From Octopus vulgaris (taxonomy: Eukaryota), in NCBI GenBank assembly GCA_951406725.2, contig OX597827.1, forward strand, positions 7,688,001 to 7,752,000: 64,000 bases of DNA. Direction: 5' to 3'. Numbering within the stretch: position 1 is the stretch's first letter; each line of letters opens with the position of its first letter. The notes beneath the pieces are model-generated. The model did not search any database, was not told where the DNA came from, and saw nothing but the letters and a program-made list of their open reading frames with translations. Shown here piece by piece: positions 53,545-64,000 of the stretch. The translations under genes were made by a program, and so were the position numbers.

Positions 53545-54115
53545 ATAGTTTAAATTTTTTTTAATATGTTTTATATTGTGTTTGTCGACTGGTTTCGCTT
53601 TTGCTAATCATGACATTAAAATTATTTTAATCACATATTTTCTTTGGTAAAATTCTTTTTGTCCGTGTTGTTGTGTGGAGTTTATGAATGAATGATTCAA
53701 CAAGTAGAAAAATCTAAGGGGAGGTAATTAGTGATTATTATTATTGTTGACAGGGGAGATAATTGTTCATCTTTTGGCAGGGAGGAAAAATGTGTACAAA
53801 AATTCAAAAGCTAGAGTAGTGAGGAGAAGTATGTACAATGATGGTTATGTAAGCATGAATTAAAATATGTATAGTGATCAAAGTTGGTTATGCATGCGTC
53901 TTTAGACGTGTTCTGTATTTGTCACTGAATAAATTTTCTTTATTTAAATGATTTTGTATAGAAATTGTATCTTTGCACTGGTAGAAGGGAAAAGCTGTGA
54001 AATTTTGTTTGATGTTACCTGCACATCTCCCTCTGTGTTCACTTAAAGGAATTTGTCTGTATTGCAGGAACCAGATATGCTCTTTATGTAAAGTGGTTCT
54101 CTGTCCCAATGTCAT
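53545..54115 (-). mobile_element. Penelope-like retrotransposon 3' end (GIY-YIG C-terminus plus pseudo-LTR)
   Basis: ORF 53888-54115 TLGQRTTLHKEHI...YRQIPLSEH...CA...FPFYQC...KENLFSDKY fits the R...H...H...E pattern of PLE GIY-YIG endonucleases. A hammerhead lies ~270 nt downstream of the stop. Confidence 0.75.
53583..53615 (-). ncRNA. Minimal type-I hammerhead ribozyme motif with A3-U8 core covariation
   Basis: UGUC AUGAUUA GC AAAA GC GAAA CCAG UC GACA; GUC cleavage triplet; lies in the 3' region of a Penelope relic. Confidence 0.7.
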
Positions 54116-54130
54116 ATATTTATATATATA

Positions 54131-55008
54131 CAGTGTGATGTGTAAATTGTTGCCATTTTATATTTTTAATTTCATGCATGCACTTTGCTTGTTTTGATTT
54201 TGCTGACTACACAGTATATTAGGGTCAGTTGGGCACTGCCTGTGAGAAAACCAACAGTATGACACAATTACTTTGCCAAAAAGTTTGGAAACGGCATGCT
54301 GTACTGCTTGGCATTTGCAACGGAAGCTCGAATACAAACATTTTGGAGTGTTTGGGTGTCAATCTGAGGACAGTGCAATCTGAGGACATGTACCTAGAGT
54401 GATCAAAATAAAACATCTAGTCAACATCATGGTGTCTGGAATGATAACTAGTGATGGCAACGTTATGCCCCCATTCATCTTCCCACACCACCTTAGACTC
54501 AACGTGGAGGTCTACACCAAGTGCTTGGAGGGAGTAGTGCTGCCTTGGGTCAAGAGGATGGCTACTGGAAGACCCTATGTCTGGCAACAGGACTCTGCAC
54601 CATATGACACAAGCAGGAGAACCCGGTGATGGCTGTCAGGCAATTTCTGAAGCCACATCACTCCTAATACTTGGCCACCTAACTCTCCAGACTGCAACCC
54701 CCTGATTATTACGTGTGGGGTGCAGTTGAGTGACAGACCAACAAAACTCCTTGTAACACTAAAGAGGAACTGAAGGCAAGGATTATGGTAACATTTATCA
54801 ACTTAAACAAGGAGACCATCCAGAAGAGTTGCAGGTGATTCGTCCACAGGCCAAGGTTGAAGCCAATGGTGGTTCTATTAAATGAATTTATTCTTTAGTA
54901 TTTCAAGATATTTCTTTGTAATTTTGATAAATATATCTGTTAAAATGAAATGTCAGTCTTATTTTCATTTTTGTGTAATTTAGACAGCAATTTATTCACT
55001 GCACCCTG
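54131..55008 (+). mobile_element. Decayed Tc1/mariner-superfamily transposon, maT (DD37D) type
   Basis: YVWQQDSAP...WPPNSPDCNP(L)DYYVWG with 37 residues between the last two Asp once a 1-bp frameshift is restored. Degenerate TIRs cagtgtgatgtgtaaattg / caatttattcactgcaccctg, flanked by TA. Confidence 0.88.
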
Positions 55009-55582
55009 TATGTATTATATATATATATATTGGGGTGTCGTCGCCGTTCGCGTTTTAGTGGTAGTAGTGCGTCCACCTCCTGGTCGTTTCGGCCTGCACG
55101 GTTCCTCCAAGGGTGCTCAGAGTGAGCACCGCCAGCTTGCATATATATTTATATATCTACATTTTGGTTAACTTGGTAGAACACAGCCATGGTGTTATGC
55201 GGTGAAACTTACCTCGGAACCACATGGTTGCAAAACAAACATTATAACCACACTGCCAAGCCTATATACACACACACACATGTGTGTGTGTGTATGTGTA
55301 TGTCCGTGTGCGTCCATGTTTGTCTACATATATCATCATCATGGTCATCATCATGACCATGATCATTACTATCATTAATTATGACAATTTTTTTCTTGAG
55401 TTATACACATCATCATGACTCTTATTCCCTTGCATGTTCAGAGCCAAAAACAAAAAAAAAAAAGAACCTTCGAAAATTGATCTACAATCACGAGTGCAAC
55501 TACTCGGCCGCATGCCTTCTAATGCAGTTTGTTATAAATAAAAGTAAAATGAAGTGAGATATAGTTATCTCTCTCTCTCTTT

Positions 55583-55783
55583 CTCTTTTACTTGTTTCAG
55601 TCATCTGACTGCGGCCATGCTGGAGCACCGCCTTTAGTCGAGCAAATCGACCCTGGGACTTATTCTTTGTAAGCCCAGTACTTATTCTATCGGTCTCTTT
55701 TGCCAAAACGGTAAGTGACGGGGACGTAAACACACCAGCATCGGTTGTCAAGCAATGCTAGGGGGACAAACACAGACACACAT

Positions 55784-55828
<45 letters not shown>

Positions 55829-55988
55829 TACGACAGGCTTCTTTCAGTTTCCGTCTACCAAATCCACTCACAAGGCATTGGTCGGCCCGGGGCTATAGCA
55901 GAAGACAGTTGCCCAAGATGTCACGCAGTGGGACTGAACCCGGAACCATGTGGTTGGTTAGCAAGCTACTTACCACACAGCCACTCCT
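55583..55988 (-). mobile_element. SINE family A, near full length (young subtype)
   Basis: Reverse complement of 49383-49803. Confidence 0.93.
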
Positions 55989-56536
55989 AAGGATTAAAAG
56001 ACTACTATGTGTACTCGGACTGGGTGGATACAAAGATGTCTTTATAGAATATATAAGTAGAGAACCAGAAATTATGGGGATGTTTGTTACATTTGATGGT
56101 GCATATGGAAAGACCGTTATACCATCAGAAAATGTACTGCCTGTATTTAAATAAACACAGTGCTTATAGAGAAAGAATAAGATATAAGGATGAGAAGGGA
56201 ATGAGGAAGAGGTGGCCATGGGTGGAAGAGCAGTAGTTAAATTAATAAACACTTGAGAGATTTTTAAAATTGAGCTATAATTAAATTGAACATTCTTCTT
56301 TTGCTTCTGCTAATAGTACTGATTGATTGATTGATTCCAGTTTCAGCTTATGAGCTGTGGCTATGCTGGGGCACCGCCACAAATTTAACTAGGCATGTGA
56401 TCAACAATTGTAACTTAAATGTAGAGTGTGTATAAAAATACAAAATATGAATAATATATAAATATATGCATATACACATACATATATGTACATATATGCA
56501 TATATGCATATACATAAACATATATGTACATACAAA

Positions 56537-56768
56537 AGGAGGCGAGCTGGCAGAGACGTTAGCACGCCAGGAGAAATGCATAGCCGTATTTCGTCTGCCG
56601 CTACATTGTGAGTTCAAATTCCGCCGAGGTCGACTTTACCTTTCATCCTTTCGAGGTCGATTAAATAAGTACCAGTTACGCACTGGGGTCGATATAATCG
56701 ACTTAATCCGTTTGTCTGTCCTTGTTTGTCCCCTCTGTGTTTAGCCCCTTGTGGGTAGTAAAGAAATA
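56537..56768 (+). mobile_element. SINE family C, full length
   Basis: A-box-like tggcagagacg, B-box gagttcaaattcc, tail gccccttgtgggtagtaaagaaata. Confidence 0.87.
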
Positions 56769-56789
56769 TATATGTACATACCTACATAT

Positions 56790-57300
56790 ATATGGGTACA
56801 GGACATAAAAAAACGTGGACACAATGAGAAACGAGAACATAAAAACAAAAACAAACAAACAGAGAAATGAGACAGACAACATAAAGAACATTCCCTTCAT
56901 CAGTTGTCCCCTGTTTTATCTACTCTGCATTTCGAAGTTAAGGACAAGATCCGACTTCGTTAAAACAGTCCTTCCTGCAAATTAAATACAATTTGGGATT
57001 TTTTGTGGAGGGTGAAAGTAGTAACAAAAACAGGACAGTGAGAACAAAACAGTAAAAACAAACGGTGAGGGCTGTTAAGCCAAGACGATGTGAAGTGGTG
57101 AATGCTGGAAAAACGAGCTTTGAGAAGAGACAGGCAAAAGCACGTCTTATCTTTAGGAAGGAAGTTGAAGAAAGAAAGAATGGCCGGTAGTCACATGTGA
57201 TCAACGAGAGTCAAGGAAGAAGAGTGAGAGAGAGTGGGAACGGTGAAGGGGAGAGGAGAAAAATAGAGAAAGGGTGGGAGAGAAAAACAGAAAGGAAGAA
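56790..57300 (-). mobile_element. PLE-like LTR relic with degraded hammerhead-like pieces
   Basis: Homologous to 30565-30740; flanked by (TA)n. Confidence 0.5.
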
Positions 57301-57381
57301 CATCTGTATATATATCTGTCTATCTATCAACCTATCTATCTATCTATACACACACACACATGTAAAGATATATATATATAT

Positions 57382-57588
<207 letters not shown>

Positions 57589-57758
57589 TATGAATTTGAG
57601 GTAAAGCATTTTACCTTTGCCCATATAATACAATAAATGAACTAATTGCATTGCAATTGTAAGCATTTATGTATTAGCCTTTCTGGGTACTTCACTGGCA
57701 GTATATTGGATAAATGATATCCCATAGTGGGTTACACTCATAACCCCTATCTCACTTC

Positions 57759-57796
<38 letters not shown>

Positions 57797-58632
57797 TGGT
57801 AAAAACGGTAAGATAACAAAAGAAAGAAAGAGACCTCAATATTATGTAAATATATTACACCTTTTAATGTCTGTTTTCCATGCTAGAACAGTTTGACAGA
57901 AGCCAGCAAGCCAGAGGACTGTGCCAAGGTCTAATGTTTGCTTTGGCATAGTTTCTATGGCTGGATGCTCTCACTAACACCAACCCCTTTACAGAATGTT
58001 TATTACATGTTTTATATATATTATGTAAAGCATGAAAAATCACATGAGATTAAATGTAGGTAAACTGGACAAATGCAAAGTTAATGATTAGAATATTTTA
58101 TACTGAGAGAACTTTTTGTTGCAGTTTACACAGTCGTCATTGATAATTTAGTTTTTATTACAATTGAACAGATGCCTGTACCTTTAACTGCTGTGTATGT
58201 GTATAGAACACATTATAAGTATGAAATGGTCATAGCTGAAATGATTTTGATTGAAGCTCTACTCAACCATGTCTGATCTGGGGTTAAACAAGAACATCAA
58301 CAAATCACATACACAAGCACACATGAACACACATACACATGCATACACATACACGTGCACACATGGACACACATACACCCCCTCCCACCACATAGACACA
58401 CTCTCACACACGTGTATTTGTTGTTATATGTGTATTTGTAAACCAAGAGAAGAGGGTATATGTTCTCTCATGACTTGCTAGATATAATAGCCAAATCTTG
58501 AGAGCACACTGTTTTGAAGAGAAAAGAGAAAAGAACACTTTGAAGAACATGATCCTATGTACACTATACTGAAACCAAAAGACAGGCTTGGCTTAGCTGA
58601 AACACTTTGATCATAGGTTATCTCGGCCAAGA

Positions 58633-58859
58633 TTAACCCTTTCATTACCAACCCGGCTGAAACCGCCTCTGGCTCTGAGTACAAATGTCTTATTTTCATA
58701 AGTTTTGAATTAAAATCTTCCACCAAAACTTAGTCACAATTTATGTTCCTAATACTAGCTGAATTATAACTATGTTATTTTACTAAATTCTTTGTTATAT
58801 TTAAAGTAATTGAAAGAAACACAGAGCATCTAAAAATAAATAAGTAACGAAAGGATTAA
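58633..58859. mobile_element. TTAA-flanked MITE
   Basis: ttaaccctttcattac ... gtaacgaaaggattaa; inverted copy of 38628-38856. Confidence 0.85.
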
Positions 58860-59082
58860 GTAACTTAACAGAGATGTACAACAGTGATTGAAAATACTCA
58901 ATATATAATTTTAGTTATAATAGGCAATGATCAAAAATCCTTGATATACACTTCAGTTTTGTTTTGTTTTCCTTTTTTTATTATTAATTTCTACACCATT
59001 TCTTCAAACCATATCAGAATCATTTAATGACAGTTGCCACTGAAGAAAGACTCTTCTCTCTTTGCTAAGTCTGTAATGCGAG

Positions 59083-59291
59083 TTTAACCCTTTAACTATT
59101 AGATTACTACCAAATGCTTATTTACTCACATTATTTTGAATTAACCATGCATTATCTCCTAGCTTTGAGATTTCGATGGCGTGATTGCTTTATTTTAAGA
59201 ATGACATTGTAGGCCAGATCTCGTTGGTTTGAACATAAACCAGGTAGAATATTTTGACTGGATATGGCTGGTATGAATGCTAAAGGATTAA
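59083..59291. mobile_element. Second TTAA-flanked MITE family
   Basis: ttaaccctttaac ... gctaaaggattaa termini with a different interior. Confidence 0.6.
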
Positions 59292-59569
59292 TTCCTGGTT
59301 TGTATCATGCTGGTTATTTCATTTGTTTCTCAGTATTTTATCACTTGGGCTAAGTTTTTGTACAGTAAAATTTGATGCAAGTATTCAGTGTCCAGTTTTT
59401 TATAGTCTAGCTTCAGAGGATCACTTCCGTCTTTCTTCCCATGAAGCTCGAAGTCTCTGCAAAGAATCAGGGCACTCCCCTTTCTCTCCAGTGATAAGTC
59501 ATTAAAACAGACCAAAAAGAAAATAAAAAGAAAAAAAAAGAAAAAGGAAAGTGAATCATGACTATAGTG

Positions 59570-59902
59570 GATTTCGGAGACTCCCTTCAGTCACGAATAA
59601 CCATGGGATTGCACCTAGAAAGTTACCCTTCGAGGCACAAGTCCAGGCAAGGTTGTTTATGGAAGACCAGCAGTCACCCATGCATACCAGCCTCCTCTCT
59701 CTACACCACTGATGTTATCCAAGGGAAAGGCAAAGGCCTATACAGCTTGGCACCTGTGACGTCGCAACTCATTTCTACAGATGAGTAAACTGGAGCAATG
59801 TGAAATAGAGTGTCTTGCTCAAGAACACAACACGCAGCCCAGTCTGGGATTTGAACTCACAACCTCGTGGTCATGAGTTCGACACTCTAACAACTGAGCC
59901 AT
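59570..59902 (-). mobile_element. tRNA-derived SINE with CORE-like domain
   Basis: Minus strand tggctcagttgttagagtg...gagttcaaatccc...gtgttcttgagcaagacact...cagtttactcatctgtagaaatg resembles the MIR/CORE cagtttcctcatctgtaaaatg motif. Confidence 0.75.
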
Positions 59903-60426
59903 AGCAATGAGCTATAGTGAATAGCTTTGGATTAATGGAGCTGACCAAGCTGAATTCACTTTGATACATGGGTCAAAAAAGGAGCTTCTTCATTACTGCA
60001 TAGCTTGCTAGAAATATCAGTTATATCTCCCTCAACTTATGCCTTTCCATCAACAAAAAGGAAGGATCTGGTTGATACTGTTGTCCAAAAGATATAAAAA
60101 CAAAAGTTAGATGATCATAACTAGAAGCCTTTGTATCGATAGGTTTGTTTAGTTAGGAATAATTCAGAGTTAAACAACAACTTTATCAATAGCTACAAGC
60201 TAATAAGGAAGTCACTATGTGGTTGCTAAGCCTACTGCCAATAGTAGCCAGATTTCCCTCCAATCACACCCTATCATCCTAAAAAGAAAAAAAAAAATCT
60301 AGGAAAGCACATTACTGAATAATGTAGTTCAGAGTACAATATACCTAGAAAAAGGAGGCAGGATGTTCACAGCTGGAATGCCATTGATCATAGGTCTGTT
60401 CAATCAGATCTGACCCAGACCCGAAT

Positions 60427-60457
<31 letters not shown>

Positions 60458-60781
60458 TGATGATAAACCATTTGATGGCAGCCTACTGACTCATTAGGGT
60501 TTATGACATATTTGAAAGGACTCAGTTTCCATATTCTAAAGCAGCAAATTAATAATCAATTCCTTGATAGTTTTGATGCCTATTATTATATTCGCCCTCT
60601 TTTTTTTCTTTCTATTAGAGCATTTATTGTTCTTTGTTTCTGAATATTAGCTAGTTTGGAGTAACTATTGACTATCTCGTATATCATGTCCATGATAAGG
60701 GAATGACAAATATGGCTGGCAAATACGGTTGCTAACTATTACTAAAATGAGTATGCATCATTTCTAAAATATATACAAATA

Positions 60782-60993
60782 TACTCTCTTTACTCTTTTA
60801 CTTGTTTCAGTCATTTGACTGCGGCCATGCTGGAGCACCGCCTTTAGTCGAGCAAATCGACCCCGGGACTTATTCTTTGTAAGCCCAGTACTTATTCTAT
60901 CGGTCTCTTTTGCCGAACCACTAAGTGACGGGGACGTAAACACACCAGCATCGGTTGTCAAGCAATGCTAGGGGGACAAACACAGACACACAA

Positions 60994-61041
<48 letters not shown>

Positions 61042-61415
61042 CTCTTACTCTTTTACTCTTTTACTTGTTTCAGTCATTTGACTGCGGCCATGCTGGAGCA
61101 CCACCTTTTAGTACTTATTCTATCGGTCTCTTTTTGCCGAACCGCTAGGTGACGGGGACCTAAACACACCAGCATCGGTTGTCAAGCAATGCTAGGGGGA
61201 CAGACACAGACACACAAACACACGCATACATATATATATATACATATATACGACAGGCTTCTTTCAGTTTCCGTCTACCAAATCCACTCACAAGGCATTG
61301 GTCGGCCCGGGGCTATAGCAGAAGACACTTGCCCAAGATGCCACGCAGTGGGACTGAACCCACAACCATGTGGCTGGTTAGCAAGCTACTTACCACACAG
61401 CCACTCCTGCGCCTA
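60782..61415 (-). mobile_element. SINE family A with duplicated 3' half
   Basis: 61039-61415 is a full copy with a deletion in its 3' body; 60782-61038 is a second, intact 3' half. Confidence 0.9.
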
Positions 61416-61690
61416 TACTGCTTGACTCTCAATTAAATTACTGAGGGAATGTTTAGTAGATCGTTCAGGATTATGTCTCCACAGATGAGATACAAAACCT
61501 CAGCACTTCATCAACTTAATATGCTGTCATCTTATGCACTTTCCCATGCTAAGCTAACGCTGTTCTCTTTCTCCCTTTCCCTCATTCTGCACTCTGTGAA
61601 CATTCTTTTATTTATTTATTCTTTTATTTGTTTCGGTCATTAGACTTCCGCCATGGTGGGGCACTAGCATGAAGAATTTTAATCCCAACC

Positions 61691-61826
61691 CAAATCCACT
61701 CACAAGGCATTGGTTGGCCCGGGGCTATAGCAGAAGACACTTGCCCAAGATGCCACGCAGTGGGACTGAACCCGGAACCATGTGGTTGGTTAGCAAGCTA
61801 CTTACCACACAGCCACTCCTGCGCCT
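61691..61826 (-). mobile_element. SINE family A, 5' part
   Basis: Head and 5' body only; a diverged 3' remnant lies at 61605-61680. Confidence 0.9.
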
Positions 61827-61852
61827 ATATATATAAAAAAAATAAATAAAAT

Positions 61853-61901
<49 letters not shown>

Positions 61902-62176
61902 AAATTTATAACTTTAAATTATTAATTTAAATATTTTAAATATTTTAATTTTGAATTTTATATTTTATGTATTTTTTATTAATTAATTTTATTTCTATGT
62001 ATTGGTTTATGATTTTCACTGTTTGATTTGCCTAATAGTGGTTTTATCTCTAATTTAATATAATATAATATATATATATATATATACACACATATATATA
62101 TATATATATATGTAAGTATGTATATATGTAGGTATATATATATGTATGTGTATAAATATATATATATACAGTATAT

Positions 62177-62226
<50 letters not shown>

Positions 62227-62227
62227 C

Positions 62228-62422
62228 ATTCGCCATGATAGATTGCTAACCACTACACATTCTTTATTTTCTCTCTTTGTTTCTTTCTGTGTTCCTTTCT
62301 GTGAATGAGCATAGGCTCGAAATGTTAAAGACTTTTTCACTTCCCAAGCATTATACTAATACATCTGTTTGTTGTCTACATCACCTGTCTTCGTCTTTTG
62401 TTTTTTTTGTGAATTCTCCCTA
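62228..62422 (+). mobile_element. PLE-like LTR fragment with decayed hammerhead
   Basis: cttt CTGTGAAT GAGC ATAG GCTC GAAA TG TT aaag; same family as 47972-48100; flanked by (TA)n. Confidence 0.72.
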
Positions 62423-63449
62423 TATGCATATGCATATATATATATATATATATATGGGACGCAAACTTCTTACCACATAGCCATGGCAGTGGATAGATCA
62501 AATATAATTAAATGTATAACTAGATTTGAACATTTGTTTCCTTTCTCTCATGTACCCACACATACACACACTTACATGCACACACACACACTCACACACA
62601 CACACACATACACACACACACAGATAGTTGCTCAAGGCAGTGTTGAATAAGGTATATTTGTGTAAAATCATACTTAATATGTTCATGTATATTTGGATAT
62701 GATGGGACCCTTCACTGTGGAAATGGTCTTGAGAAACATGTCTCCTCCTAGACAGCATATGTAAAATAAAATTGGGTTGTGAATGACATCATTGGATTGT
62801 AGGATGCATGTGTTTCTGCTTTCTTTCACATCATCAGCTACTCACACCAAATCTGCCTTTCATAAGTCTGATAAGAACAGTTTGTTCATTTATTATAAAA
62901 ACAAATAGTACAATGCTAATCAAAATTTAATCAAGTTAAAATTAAATTAATAAAGTTTCATGAAGCAGTGTTGAATAAAGTATATGTGTGTAAACTCATA
63001 CTTAACATGTTTGATTACACTCAGATATGGGAAAACATTTTGCTGTGAAAACTTCATGTTTTGTATTCTAAAGTACCTGGACGTTCTTCAGTCTGCCTGA
63101 AGATTGCTATAGACAAAGTTTTCACTATAAACAAGAAACTTAAAGTCATGGGAAAATATCATCTGTTTAATCATCAGTTTGAGAAGGGAAACACAATAAG
63201 CTTGAATCTCACTTAATCAAGATGCAAGGTTTCAATTCCTTTCAGCATATCCTTTATCCACTCTTGAATTATTTTTTTAAAATGTTTTATTGTTATTCTC
63301 TTCTTCTTCATCTTCATCATCATTCATCACCGCTGCCGCCACCACAACCACCACCACCACCACCACCACCACCTCCACCACCACCACCACCTCCACCACC
63401 TCCACCACCACCACCACATATATATATATATACTATATATATATACATA

Positions 63450-63548
63450 TATACGACGGGCTTCTTTCAGTTTTCGTCTACCAAATCCACTCACAAGGCA
63501 TTGGTCGGCCTTGGGCTATAGCAGAAGACACTTGCCCAAGATGCCACG
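63450..63548 (-). mobile_element. SINE family A internal fragment
   Basis: acgacgggcttctttcag...ccaagatgccacgca. Confidence 0.85.
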
Positions 63549-64000
63549 CATCGTTGTTCTCTTCATCATCATTCATCATCACCGCCGCCGCCACAACCAC
63601 CATCATCATCATCATCATCATCATCATCTCTTTGCATGCTTTTCCCTACCAGCATGGGCAGGACAAAATATTTTTTGAAGAAGTATTTTATGGAGGATGT
63701 GCATTTTGGCACCAAATCTTTCGGTTGATTCTTAGAACTCGCAAAAGCATAGTGTGCCCTTTCTAAGAATGAAGACACATATCTTGTATACTACTTAATA
63801 TAGCTTCTATTAAATATCTGTCGATTAGGAATGGAAGGAGAAAAAGAAAAAGAAAGAGCAACTTATCCTCTAATATGTGTTTGTGCAAGGGGGTGGCGAG
63901 GTATGTGTGTTTACATGTGATAGCATGCCAAAGTGTGAAGGCTTTTGATTATATATAAGAACATAACTGAATATATGTATATAAATGCATCCACTTATTT

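Overview
Very AT-rich, microsatellite- and SINE-saturated animal DNA, most likely from an octopus protocadherin cluster (inferred from the protein sequence and SINE families). Almost every ORF in the supplied track is a microsatellite or SINE artefact. The real coding signal is on the minus strand. First, 344->1 (runs off the window, missed by the ORF track) is the signal peptide plus EC1 of a cephalopod-type protocadherin, preceded by a 5'UTR acceptor at 434 and a probable non-coding first exon with a donor at 15506. Second, two phase-compatible exons (29032-28870 and 25131-24860) encode the cytoplasmic tail of a probable second protocadherin whose ectodomain exon would lie beyond 64000. The rest is tRNA-derived SINEs of at least four families, LINE 3' ends, decayed mariner (DD34D-type) and maT (DD37D) transposons, TTAA MITEs, and many Penelope-like element (PLE) relics embedded in (TA)n. 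The most striking hidden signal is a set of minimal type-I hammerhead ribozyme motifs with non-canonical cores (U4C in three different relics; a compensatory A3-U8 swap beside a Penelope GIY-YIG fragment), several inside long fold-back palindromes. Other notable items are an 8x tandem array of a SINE Pol III A-box head, a hairpin fully paired only on the protocadherin sense strand, and four upstream AUGs in a 90-nt leader. All structures were read by eye; no folding or database search was run.
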